Notes: generated by a model from the letters alone, not told the origin. DNA of 27,810 nucleotides from Tubiluchus corallicola (GCA_030141605.1 JAQGDQ010001728.1:1-27810); one strand, 5' to 3'; shown: positions 1 through 12,241, numbered from the stretch's first letter. Numbers and translations: made by a program.

Positions 1-240
1 CAGCTCGTGAAGTAATCTAGCCAGTTAGTAGATGAGCTATCAAGCATCAAGCAAGTCAACCATAGAGTCAGATATGTATCTTACCTGTTAGCATGTACAT
101 GCTGCCAGTCATCATCATGCATAACACTTGCTTATAAATAATAGCTAGACATGCCATCACCACGCATCCACTAGCTAACATCAGACATACCACCATGCTG
201 GATATTGTCGAGGTTTGTAATCCTGTTGATAAGAAATAAT

Positions 241-250
241 AATGATAATC

Positions 251-286
<36 letters not shown>

Positions 287-317
287 GTGATGGTGGTGAT
301 GATGGTGATGATGATGG

Positions 318-369
<52 letters not shown>

Positions 370-389
370 AATGATGGTGATGGTGATGG

Positions 390-440
<51 letters not shown>
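241..440. repeat. (GAT)n microsatellite with GGT/AAT interruptions
   Basis: About 200 bp of GAT triplets; explains the poly-D/poly-M/poly-I ORFs. Confidence 0.98.
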
Positions 441-442
<2 letters not shown>

Positions 443-838
443 AGATTAGATTTATTCAATCCAAATATACAGTTGTACATATACAATAAAATCTTACAAA
501 TACACATGCTTAGTTAATGTTCTAGGAAGATTAGATTAGATTAGATTAGATTAGATTTATTCAATCCAAATATACAGTTGTACATATACAATAAAATCTT
601 ACAAATACACATGCTTAGTTAATGTTCTAGGAAGATTAGATTAGATTAGATTAGATTTATTCAATCCAAATATACAGTTGTACATATACAATAAAATCTT
701 ACAAATACACATGCTTAGTTAATGTTCTAGGAAGATTAGATTAGATTAGATTAGATTAGATTTATTCAATCCAAATATACAGTTGTACATATACAATAAA
801 ATCTTACAAATACACATGCTTAGTTAATGTTCCAGGAA
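439..838. repeat. 4 tandem copies of an 80-bp core, each preceded by (GATTA)2-5 (period 100-105 bp)
   Basis: Core gatttattcaatcc...ggaa starts at 449, 554, 654 and 759; copies are near-identical. Confidence 0.97.
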
Positions 839-1020
839 TGGAGAACTCACCAGCCATGAATGCACTTGCGGTGACCCACATTAATTACTCATTTCTATTA
901 AATTTACAAAAAGGATTAAAATCAAACATAGCTAGTTTAAATGAAGCTGTGTTAAATATACGTATAAGGTGGAGAAATGTGCAGGTCACAACCTTGGGAA
1001 GCCAGTTGGTTACCTTTGAA
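439..1020 (-). mobile_element. Probable 3' UTR and tail of a CR1/L2-group LINE, with its terminus tandemly amplified
   Basis: Minus strand ends in AATAAA followed directly by (TCTAA)n, the short-repeat tail layout typical of CR1/L2/Crack elements. No coding motif is visible. Confidence 0.4.
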
Positions 1021-1199
1021 ACATTTATTCTAATGATTTATTGAACAATCAAAACTGCCAGAGCATTGCAATGCATTTTTACTCATTGCAAGTAATTGCA
1101 TTCATTCATCCATTGACTGTCAGTTAATGCTATTATTTGTTTATGATATCGTAAATTTCTTGGTTTTTGTAATTTGTAAAGTATGTTTTGTTTTAAATA

Positions 1200-1400
1200 A
1201 AATGTTAAATAAATAAAAAAAGCAATTTAAATAAAAGCTGTTAGCATTGATAATCTTCAAAGGTAAACTGTTCCATATATCGATCACCCTGTTTGCAAAA
1301 CAGTATTTAAAAGTATCAATACGACAATAATATTTGGACAACTTGTAACTATGGCCCTTTAATCCGAGACTAGGTGTAGGTAAAAAAATCGAACTATAAG
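1200..1400 (-). mobile_element. CR1-clade LINE ORF2 C-terminal fragment
   Basis: Translation KGHSYKLSKYYCRIDTFKYCFANRVIDIWNSLP matches the CR1 ORF2 end motif RGHxxKL...R..FFxxRVxxxWNxLP. Confidence 0.8.
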
Positions 1401-2077
1401 TGCATGGCAAAATTTCATATCAAAAATAAGAATGCCTGGTTTCAAGAGCCTGTCTAGTCTACCAGAATAGTCAACATGAGTTAACCAATGTACCTTTAAC
1501 TGTAAGTCAAAACAGTCTACTGTTTAAAATATTGAAAAGGGACGTACTATTTTCTCAAGACCGACTTACGCGGAAGAATTTTATTTCGCCGTTCGTCATT
1601 TCGCATGCATTTCGCCATTCGCTAGTTAGACGGGCACTAGCGCCAGCATTTCCAAAACGTTTTGCACAAAAATAGGTGCTGCATCTCACAGTTCAGAGGT
1701 GTTCATTTTGACGTAGTACACACGTTCGGCAGCTCAAGCGTGAGCGCATGCGTGAAATTTGAACTTTTATCTTAAAACATGCCTAGTTTTAGTACAACAC
1801 ACTGAATATCTTACAGTAGCACTCTACTTCAATTTTCGCCTTCACAAACACGTGCAACACGCTCGTGGAATATTTTTGCTGTTGAAAATTTTGTTCATTT
1901 GTGATGTCATCAATAGCTGGGCTCGCCCGTCGTTAACTAAGATTTTAATTTAGCATTTAGTTATAAAACGTTTTTGCAGTATTATTAGTGTTTAAATGTA
2001 TACTTACCGTACTTGAAAATGAGGTAGGATTTGAAAAATCGTCCTGTTTTCCTTTAATGACTCTTTTCCCTTTTCAG

Positions 2078-2427
2078 GGGCATTTCTTGGCTTTGGTTTG
2101 ATGACATTTCACGCCAAAGTAAGAGCCCAACAAACCGTCAAATATGGGGAAGGCATTTTTACGCCCACCCACTACCTGGAGGCCAGGAGCTGCTCTACAG
2201 GGTGGCCCGTGACTGTATTGAAATGGGCAACATGCTGTTGTCTAATCACGTCCATTGCTTGGATCATCCTGTATCAAATAGGACGTAACGTGAAAATAAA
2301 ACATGGCGTCACGAATGACACAGCAGTGCCTCAGGAAAACGGTGCGCCCCCTGAAATAATTCTCACGTCCAGAGAGAGTGGAACAGGACAGGATCGTCAT
2401 GCAACAACCCAGATGAGCAACCAATAA
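2078..2427 (+). CDS. Probable terminal coding exon of a claudin/PMP22-superfamily-like tetraspan membrane protein
   Basis: Strong acceptor ctcttttcccttttcAG at 2061-2077, then an open frame AFLGFGLMTFHAK...STGWPVTVLKWATCCCLITSIAWIILYQIG + polar tail to TAA. This resembles TM3-loop-(Y)GW-TM4 of that superfamily. Upstream exons not identified. Confidence 0.5.
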
Positions 2428-2539
2428 ACACAAAAGAGTTAAAGTTTTTAGTTTTATCTCTAGAAATTTATTTTTACATTATGATACACAAATTTAACAT
2501 TGTTATGCAGCATAGACGTGTTTTGTCACGTTAGTAAAC

Positions 2540-5104
2540 CAGTGAAATGTGAGGCTTAACTGCAACGCAGGAGGCAGAAATAAATGCATTTCACGGAAAC
2601 CTTCTCAGAAAAATCTTAAAAATAAAATTTCCATATATCGTTTCAAATGGGCAGCTGTATAACAGAACAAATGAAGAACATTGGAGCACTGAAATCCGAA
2701 TCGGAAGACTAAGATGGGTAGGACATTTAATGAGATTGCCAGAAACAACATCAGTAAGATTAACATTAAACATAGGAGCACTAAAATCAGCATCAGAAGA
2801 CAAAGATGGGTAGGACATTTAATGAGATTGCCAGAAACAACATCAGTAAGATTAGCATTAAACATTTGGGCACTAAAATCAGCATCAGAAGACTAAGATG
2901 GGTAGGACATTTAATGAGATTGCCAGAAACAACACCAGTAAGATTAGCATTAAACGTTGGAGCACTAAAATCCGAATCAGAAGACTAAGATGGGTAGGAC
3001 ATTTAATGAGATTGCCAGAAACAACACCAGTAAGATTAGCATTAAACGTTGGAGCACTAAAATCAGAATCAGAAGACTAAGATGGGTAGGACATTTAATG
3101 AGATTGCCAGAAACAACACCAGCAAGATTAGCATTAAACATTGGAGCACAAAAATCAGCATCAGAAGACTAAGATGGGCAGGACATTTAATGAGATTGCC
3201 AGAAACAACACCAGTAAGATTAGCATTAAACGTTGGAGCACTAAAATCCGAATCAGAAGACTAAGATGGGCAGGACATTTAATGAGATTGCCAGAAACAA
3301 CACCAGTAAGATTAGCATTAAACATTGGAGCACTAAAATCAGAATCAGAAGACTAAGATGGGCAGGACATTTAATGAGATGCCAGAAACAACACCAGTAA
3401 GATTAGCATTAAACATTGGAGCACTAAAATCAGAATCAGAAGACTAAGTTGGGTAGGACATTTAATGAGATTGCCAGAAACAACACCAGTAAGATTAGCA
3501 TTAAACGTTGGAGCACTAAAATCCGAATCAGAAGACTAAGATGGGTAGGACATTTAATGAGATGCCAGAAACAACACCAGTAAGATTAGCATTAAACATT
3601 GGAGCACTAAAATCAGAATCAGAAGACTAAGATGGGTAGGACATTTAATGAGATTGCCAGAAACAACACCAGTAAGATTAGCATTAAACATTGGAGCACT
3701 AAAATCAGAATCAGAAGACTAAGATGGGTAGGACATTTAATGAGATTGCCAGAAACAACACCAGTAAGATTAGCATTAAACATTGGAGCACTAAAATCAG
3801 AATCAGAAGACTAAGATGGGTAGGACATTTAATGAGATTGCCAGAAACAACACCAGCAAGATTAGCATTAAACATTGGAGCACAAAAATCAGCATCAGAA
3901 GACTAAGATGGGCAGGACATTTAATGAGATTGCCAGAAACAACACCAGTAAGATTAGCATTAAACGTTGGAGCACTAAAATCCGAATCAGAAGACTAAGA
4001 TGGGCAGGACATTTAATGAGATTGCCAGAAACAACACCAGTAAGATTAGCATTAAACATTGGAGCACTAAAATCAGAATCAGAAGACTAAGATGGGCAGG
4101 ACATTTAATGAGATGCCAGAAACAACACCAGTAAGATTAGCATTAAACATTGGAGCACTAAAATCAGAATCAGAAGACTAAGTTGGGTAGGACATTTAAT
4201 GAGATTGCCAGAAACAACATCAGTAAGATTAGCATTAAACATTGGAGCACTAAAATCAGAATCAGAAGACTAAGATGGGTAGGACATTTAATGAGATTGC
4301 CAGAAACAACATCAGTAAGATTAGCATTAAACATTGGAGCACTAAAATCAGCATCAGAAGACTAAGATGGGTAGGACATTTAATGAGATTGCCAGAAACA
4401 ACACCAGTAAGATTAGCATTAAACATTGGAGCACTCAAATCAGCATCAGAAGACTAAGATGGGTAGGACATTTAATGAGATTGCCAGAAACAACATCAGT
4501 AAGATTAGCATTAAACATTGGAGCACTAAAATCAGAATCAGAAGACTAAGATGGGTAGGACATTTAATGAGATTGCCAGAAACAACACCAGTAAGATTAG
4601 CATTAAACATTGGAGCACAAAAATCAGCATCAGAAGACTAAGTTGGGTAGGACATTTAATGAGATTGCCAGAAACAACATCAATAAGATTAGCATTAAAC
4701 ATTGGAGCACTAAAATCAGTATCAGAAGACTAAGATGGGCAGGACATTTAATGAGATGCCAGAAACAACATCAATAAGATTAGCATTAAACGTTGGAGCA
4801 CAAAAATCAGCATCAGAAGACTAAGATGGGTAGGACATTTAATGACATTGCCAGAAACAACATCAATAAGATTAGCATTTAAGCGAGGCACCGAAATCTG
4901 CTAAACGACCTCCAGAAAAACCAAAAAACAACTTGGATATCAAGAATTAATAAGATCTAGAACAGCTGGAACCAAACCTAACAATGGCATCACAGGAATT
5001 GAACATTTTAGCTGCAGGCAAGAAACAGTGGGGTGCTCTAATAAAGGATAGAGGCTCCATGTCAACAATAGCTATTTAGAACAACAGACGAAGAAGAAGA
5101 AGAA
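2540..5104 (+). mobile_element. Degenerate 3' fragment of an RTE/RTEX-group LINE interrupted by an internal 92-bp satellite
   Basis: Translates LTATQEAEINAFHGNLLRKILKIKFPYIVSNGQLYNRTNEEHWSTEIRIGRLRWVGHLMRLPE. After the array it resumes (with frameshifts) as KSAKRPPEKPK-TTWISRIN-DLEQL...KKQWGALI and ends in a (GAA)n tail at 5090-5104. Confidence 0.85.
2677..4879. repeat. 92-bp tandem array, ~24 copies, derived from LINE coding sequence
   Basis: Unit aacattggagcactaaaatcagaatcagaagactaagatgggtaggacatttaatgagattgccagaaacaacaccagtaagattagcatta; ORF starts recur every 92 bp. Confidence 0.98.
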
Positions 5105-5569
5105 AGTACATCAGACGTTTCTTGCAAAAGGAACTCCCAAAAGTACATTCAGTTTAATCTTTTTTTCGTACAGCAGACAACTACTTGTATAAATGTCACA
5201 TTGTACAGCACAAAAATAGATAAGAGATCCAATGTCTTCTAGTAAATAAAAAGAAATCAACGTATAACGTTTAACTGAAAAGCAAGAGTACTTTTGTTTG
5301 TTCCTATCATGTCAAATGCATATTTTTATTAATACATATTACGTTGATTAAAACTTTACAAACAGTTTTTTAATTTCTATCGATTTCTAAGATGGTTAGA
5401 ACTTGAATGTTGTTTCTCCTACAAATGCTGAAGATTTCTGCAGTCCCAAGACATCGTCAGAATAGCATTTTCCTTGTGGGAGGAGTTTTATTAAAACAGT
5501 GATTTTATGTGGGAGAATTTATGTGTAAAACCATTTACGGTGCGTTAAGTCTAGGGAGCTTTTTTCGAG

Positions 5570-6298
5570 AAGTAACTCGCAAGCATGTTCCGATGTAGAG
5601 ACCAAAGCTTGCAGCGAGTTACTCTCCAACAGTAAACACGAGCTGACACTCTTTTCTCTGTTTACTGAGAGAAGTGTCGAGAGTAACTCGCTAAGTAACT
5701 CACAAGCGTGTTCAGACGTAGAGACCAAAGTTTGTAGCGAGTTACTCTCCAACAGTAAACACGAGCTGACACTCTTTTCTCTATTCACTGAGAGAAGTGT
5801 CGAGAGTAACTCACCAAGTAACTCGCAAGCGTGTTCAGACTAGAGAGCAAAACTTGCAGCGAGTTACTCTCCAATAGTAAACACGAGCTGACACTTTTTC
5901 TCTGTTCACTGAGAGAAGTGTCGAGAGTAACTCACTAAGTAACCCGCAAGCGTGTTCAGACGTAGAGACCAAAGTTTGTAGCGAGTTACTCTCCAACAGT
6001 AAACATGAGCTGACACTCTTTTCTCTGTGCACTGAGAGAAGTGTCGAGAGTAACTCACTAAGTAACTCGCATGCGTGTTCAGACTAGAGAGCAAAACTTG
6101 CAGCGAGTTACTCTCCAACAGTGAACACGAGCTGACACTCTTTTCTCTGTTCACTGAGAGAAGTGTCGAGAGTAACTCACTAAGTAACTCGCATGCGTGT
6201 TCAGACGTAGAGACCAAAGCTTGCAGCGAGTTACTCTCCAACAGTAAACATGAGCTGACACTCTTTTCTCTGTTCACCGAGAGAAGTGTCGAGAGTAA
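5570..6298. repeat. ~122-123-bp tandem array, 6 copies, each with an internal inverted repeat
   Basis: aagtaac(t/c)c(g/a)c recurs at ~5570, 5693, 5816, 5937, 6060, 6182; units carry gcgagttactctc...gagagtaactc(g/a)c. Confidence 0.95.
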
Positions 6299-6961
6299 CA
6301 GTTTGGAATTCCGTTTCTGCTTGGCTAATAATTCTGTCACAGTTTGATGATAGACAGTAACTCGTAGCAACTGTCGGAGAGTTTGCAATTTCTTGCCGAT
6401 AGTAACTCGTAAAGCAGTTCACTTTGACGAGTTTGCTGTCAAATAGAAAACTCGCGACTGAAAACTCGCTACCAGTCGTATCAGCCATTTTAGTTTCCTT
6501 TAAACATTCATTGGTCGTGCAGAAGGCATTTTGTCCAACCATAAATTGCAACCTCTTCCAGAACCAACATCTCCCAAAAACAGGTAATACATGAGCAAAT
6601 TTCTAAAAGTGATTTTAACACAGAAAGTGTTTGAGCACAAACGTTGCAGTAGTATGCATGTTGTAAGTAACATGTACGTAATATATAGTACGTTTTTCAC
6701 AAAAATTAACATTTTACCAATCTGACATGTAGGCTGGCTGAAAGAATAAACTAAAACATAATTATTTACTTCAATACACGTTTAATGATAAAAGAATTAC
6801 ACAGTATTAACACAATGTTTTACAAGTACTGTACCAACAAGGTGAACTAGCTCTAGTGGCGCCTAGATTGAGCAGTGAAAAATTTGTCTGGATTAGGCAC
6901 TCTAACCTTAGATAGCACGAAAACTGGACATTGAAATACCTTGCCAATGAAACAAATTGAG

Positions 6962-8160
6962 CATTGAAATGCTGTATTAATTAGTCCAAAATTGGGGACT
7001 GAAATTCTGTATTAATTAGACCAAAATTGCGGACTGAAATGCTGCATTAATTAGGCCAAAATTGGGGACTGAAATGCTGTATTAATTACACCAAAATTGG
7101 GGACTGAAATGCTGTATTAATAAGACCAAAATTGGGGACTGAAATGCTATATTAATTAGACCAAAATTGGGGACTGAAATGCTGTATTAATTAGACCAAA
7201 ATTGGGGAATGAAATGCTGTATTAATTAGACCAAAATTGGGGACTGAAATGCTGTATTAATTAGACCAAAATTGGGGGCTGAAATGCTGCATTAATTAGA
7301 CCAAAATTGGGGACTGAAATGCTGTATTAATTAGACCAAAATTGAGGGCTGAAATGCTGCATTAATTAGACCAAAATTGGGGACAGAAATGCTGTATTAA
7401 TTAGACCAAAATTGGGGACTGAAATGCTGTATTAATAAGACCAAATTTGGGGACTGAAATGCTGTATTAATTAGACCAAAATTGGGGACTGAAATGCTGT
7501 ATTAATTAGACCAAAATTGTGGACTGAAATGCTGTATTAATAAGACCAAAATTGGGGACTGAAATGCTGTATTAATTAGACCAAAATTGGGGACTGAAAT
7601 GCTGTATTAATAAGACCAAAATTGGGGACTGAAATGCTGTATTAATAAGACCAAAATTGGGGACTGAAATGCTGTATTAATAAGACCAAAATTGGGGACT
7701 GAAATGCTGTATTAATTAGACCAAAATTGGGGACTGAAACGCTGTATTAATTAGACTAAAATTGGGAACTGAAATGCTGTATTAATAAGACCAAAATTGG
7801 GGACTGAAACGCTGTATTAATTAGACCAAAATTGGGGACTGAAACGCTGTATTAATTAGACCAAAATTGGGGACTGAAATGCTGTATTAATAAGACCAAA
7901 ATTGGGGACTGAAATGCTGTATTAATAAGACCAAAATTGGGGACTGAAACGCTGTATTAATTAGACCAAAATTGGGGACTGAAACGCTGTATTAATTAGA
8001 CCAAAATTGGGGACTGAAATGCTGTATTAATAAGACCAAAATTGGGGACTGAAATGCTGTATTAATTAGACCAAAATTGGGGATTGAAATGCTGTATTAA
8101 TAAGACCAAAATTGGGGACTGAAATGCTTTATTAATTAGACCAAAATTGGGGACTGAAAT
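6962..8160. repeat. 35-bp minisatellite, ~34 copies
   Basis: Unit actgaaatgctgtattaattagaccaaaattgggg. Confidence 0.98.
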
Positions 8161-8384
8161 ATTGTAACAGAATAGTACACTGGAGGATTTCAACACTACG
8201 TACACTGGCTACAACAGTTCTTAAATGAGGCGCTTCGAAAAACAAACAAGCAGAGCTGACCACAGACGAAAATTACACAAACCGCCAAAATTACACTTAT
8301 CAAAATTGTGCAACTTGTCAAAACTGGACATTGCAAGTCTTGCATTGACTTCAAAGAATCCCTTTCTACCGTACATGCACTGTA

Positions 8385-9472
8385 ACATACAGTATACATA
8401 CAGTGTACATACAGTACACTTATAGTGTACGTACAGTGTACATACAGTGCACATACAGCGTACATACAGTGTACATACAGTGTACATACAGTGTACATAC
8501 AGTGTACATACAGTGCACATACAGCGTACATACAGTGTACATACAGTGTACATACAGTGTACATACAGTAGACATACAGTGTACATACAGTGTACATACA
8601 GTGTACATACAGTGTACATACAGTATACATTCAATGTACATACAGTGTACATACATTGTACATACAGTGTACATACAGTGCACATAAAGCGTACATACAG
8701 TGTACATACAGTGTACATACAGTGTACATACAGTGTACATACAGTGCACATACAGCGTACATACAGTGTACATACAGTGTACATACAGTGCACATACAGT
8801 AGACATACAGCGTACATACAGTGTACATACAGTGTACATACAGTGTACATACAGTGTACATACAGTGTACATACAGTATACATACAGTGTACATACAGTA
8901 GACATACAGCGTACATACAGTGTACATACAGTGTACATACAGTGTACATACAGTGCACATACAGCGTACATACAGTGTACATACAGTGTACATACAGTAC
9001 ACATACAGTGTACATACAGTGTACATACAGTGCACATACAGCGTACATACAGTGCACATACAGCGTACATACAGTGTACATACAGTGTACATACAGTGTA
9101 CATACAGTAGACATACAGCGTACATACAGTGTACATACAGTGTACATACAGTGTACATACAGTATACATACAGTATACATACAGTGTACATACAGTAGAC
9201 ATACAGTACATACAGTGTACATACAGTGTACATACAGTGTACATACAGTGCACATACAGCGTACATACAGTGTACATACAGTGTACATACAGTGTACATA
9301 CAGTACACATACAGTGTACATACAGTGTACATACAGTGCACATACAGCGTACATACAGTGTACATACAGTGTACATACAGTGTACATACAGGAGACATAC
9401 AGCGTACATACAGTGTACATACAGTGTACATACAGTATACATACAGTATACATACAATGTACATACAGTATA
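8385..9472. repeat. 11-bp minisatellite (cagtgtacata)n, ~100 copies
   Basis: 11-bp period with variants cagcgtacata, cagtgcacata, cagtagacata; the unit lacks stop codons, hence the long spurious ORFs. Confidence 0.98.
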
Positions 9473-10746
9473 TGCAGACACAATCATCTTTACCTTAAAC
9501 CCATAGTTGTAAATGTTTAGTATAATATACTGTGCAATCCAACCCCAACGCAGCCTATCTCATCTTATCTTCAATGATCGTGGTTTGATGAAGCAATTTT
9601 ACAGATGAAAATAACACAATGATCTCACACATTTCCTTTAGCTATATGAATAAATAAATTATACTAATTGTTAAAATGGTTAATTAATTAATAGGCAAAT
9701 TAATTATATCCGATTTTGACAAGTTATGCAATTTTGATAAGTGAAAATTTTGGCATGCTGTGTAACTTTCGTCAGTTTTGCTTGTTTATTTTTCGAGGCT
9801 CCTCTTTTAAGCACTGTTGTTGTCAGAGTACTTAGTGTTGGAATCGTCCGCTGCACTATACTGGCGCAGTGTTGCTCCTGGGTTCGACCCGGTAGATAGC
9901 CTTACGGCCCGCCATCGGTGATGCGGGTAAGCGCTGCATAACGAACAGTCCAGAAATTTGAAAAAAAAGAAACAACAAAACCAAAACTTCGAATTCAAAA
10001 GGGAGGGCTGAGAAGAACAACACAATAGAAAAAAAAACAAAACCTGATGACAATGCTTCAAACCTTACGGAATCCACGACACTCGGCAGGCAGACAGGAG
10101 AAGTGCATTCCACGACAATCAGAAGACAACTGACGATGTCACGTGTTCGTTCTTTCCACGGGAAACCACTGCTCAACCAATCGCAGGTAATGTTATGGGC
10201 TTCCTAGTTTAAAGTGCAGGTCATAACATTACCTGTAGGTTGGCTGGTCTGGTGCCTATGAACTGTACAATGCACTTTCACCTGTTCAGCTCAGTATTTT
10301 AGTGCTGAGTTGTCCCTATTTGAAGCAGCATTTCAGTGCTCAATTTTCCCTATTTAACAGAACAATTAAACAAACAGAATGTAAAAAAATAAAGACGAAT
10401 AAATAAAAATTACGTATTCTTATGCGAGTTAACTAAATCTAGAAAAATTAACGACACGATAATAACGTTTTGTTGTCTACTATTTATAAAATTTATTTTG
10501 TAAAATGTTACAATTGATGCAATTAATATAAAATAATTGTTACAGCAATAATTAATATTTTCGATCAGAGTAAAGTAACAAGTTGCATCCAGGAGCTGAT
10601 CGTAAGTTACTATTATACAATGTTTTAGTAACATAATTCACTATAAATTAATTTGCGCCTGTATTAATTGTACTTTTTTACACTAGATGGGGCAGTCTCA
10701 CTAGAGCGGCTATGGGGGCAGGTCCTAATCTGGGACTACCTCCAGC

Positions 10747-10873
10747 TCATGTCCAGCAGGGTTTACGACGAACTGCACATCTTTCGCACAGTTCTTCTTT
10801 GTGGGGAGGCTGCTGTTTTCGTTTTTCATTGCCTCTTGATGGATTTCCTTCACCAGCCTCTTGACGGATATAC
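10747..10873 (-). CDS. 3CxxC zinc-finger (RTP/ZAR1/ZCCHC24-like) protein, exon 3 (terminal)
   Basis: Acceptor aatttttgacAG, phase 2; (R)YIRQEAGEGNPSRGNEKRKQQPPHKEELCERCAVRRKPCWT*. PH-x3-LCExC-x-C is the third zinc-binding motif of the domain. Confidence 0.88.
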
Positions 10874-10940
10874 CTGTCAAAAATTAGCTAAACAGTATTA
10901 AGGTGTCACTAATTAAATTTTTAGCAAAATTATTAAAATT

Positions 10941-11330
10941 AATAGACATAGACATTTATTTTATCCAGTTAGTTTAACATAAACAGTTTTTTAAATATTA
11001 AGTAATTATTATAGTGGAGCAGGGCAGGGAAGGACCATAGGGTCATCTAGTATCCTGCCCTTTCTTATAAATAGATTAGTATACTAAAAATTAACGGTGA
11101 TGCTGCAGATAACAAAACAAAAACAAACAAACAAGAAAAAATAAGAATAATAAAAACAGTATAAATGACATAAATTATCCAAAAAGAACTGAAAACAAAA
11201 AATAATAAAGTTAGATACCTAAATCTAAACAAAACATACAATTATTCAGTAATTAGGATTATTATATGTAGTAGCTTCAAATGGGGTCTTATTAACAGGG
11301 GAATTTGACCAAGGTTAGTGAGTAAAGTTA
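10941..11330 (-). mobile_element. CR1/L2-group LINE 3' end in intron 2 of the 3CxxC gene
   Basis: Minus strand reads agggcaggatactagatgaccctatggtccttccctgccct (stem-loop resembling the CR1 3' end motif CTAGATGACC...GGTCCCTTCC), followed by AATAAA + (TGTCTA)2. Upstream boundary uncertain. Confidence 0.55.
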
Positions 11331-12105
11331 AAAACTGAGAGTATGGAAAGATAAAATAAGCATCAAAAAAGTGTAATATAGAAAAATTTGTGAGAAAAAG
11401 TAAGTATGAGAAAGAGCAACAATTACTTAGATGAGAAAAAAAGGAAAAAAAACTTGCTAGCTTACTAGCTAATATTAACATTAAATTTTCATATATCTAA
11501 ACAATTGTTATGTAACTGTTATACCAGATGCTCGGACGTGCCTTTTCTATTTCTAACCAACATGCATCACAAGACTAATAAAATTTTACGCCTATATTCA
11601 CACATTCTAGTGTAAATATTTACACATTACATATTTACACTCCTAGTCTTTCTAGAAATTGCCATCAAATAACTCAAAGTGCCATCAAATAACCTTGACC
11701 TTTGACCCATAAACTCAGCAGTAGCCAGCTACGTTGGCAATCCTCCCTTTATTCCCCGGGGTAACTAATTGTTGAAAATTGATTTTCACTGCATCCTTTG
11801 TTTTCAAGACGTACTACAGCAAATAAGTCTTATAAAATTAAAAAGGTTGTTCAGTAACCCCTGCTTTTAGTTATGGAGCTTATGGCTCCAAAACTGTTTT
11901 GTGTCAGGACTTGAGCCGCTGCCAGTGACTTAAACTGCCACACCTGCTGTACATAGCCCATTTGCTTCTTTCGAAAACGTAGTTTGAAAGTATACAGCCA
12001 CTTGTCAGTACACAGACTGTGCGCAAACTAATTATTTAGCCTAACAGAACCCTGACATGCGCAGTATGGATACAAAAACAGAAGGATTATGGCGTTACTT
12101 TTTAC

Positions 12106-12241
12106 CTGTCAATTGCAAAAGCTATCATTTTGCCTATTTCCTGTAAGTTTATCTTTGCCGTTGCCCATTTTCCACAACCAACACACTGCTGCCTCCATCT
12201 TTTGGTTATTTTTTGCAACTTCAAATCGATGGTTATCCAAC
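12106..12241 (-). CDS. 3CxxC zinc-finger protein, exon 2
   Basis: Acceptor tttgcatcAG, donor AG|GTaaaa; 136 nt, phases 1 and 2 match both neighbours; (S)WITIDLKLQKITKRWRQQCVGCGKWATAKINLQEIGKMIAFAID contains QxCxxC. Confidence 0.88.

Noticed and set aside
191-222. Minus-strand 32-nt micro-exon (DYKPRQYPAW) with AG/GTATGT sites
   Set aside because: Too short, and no partner exons or homology could be supported.
181-517. Poly-Asp, poly-Met and poly-Ile ORFs
   Set aside because: Translations of the (GAT)n microsatellite.
1400-2057. Complete Kolobok-like element (two ...cctTTAA ends at ~1499 and ~2057)
   Set aside because: Both ends face the same way and no matching inverted terminus was found.
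2714-4733. Array of ~60-aa genes or a programmed-frameshift polyprotein
   Set aside because: Each ORF is the result of a 92-bp (non-triplet) unit cycling through frames of a dead LINE segment.
8196-9520. Long Cys/Tyr/His-rich ORFs up to 420 aa
   Set aside because: Open on both strands in multiple frames because the 11-bp repeat lacks stop codons.
9862-9895. tRNA gene
   Set aside because: A- and B-box-like motifs are too close and no anticodon arm or cloverleaf can be formed.
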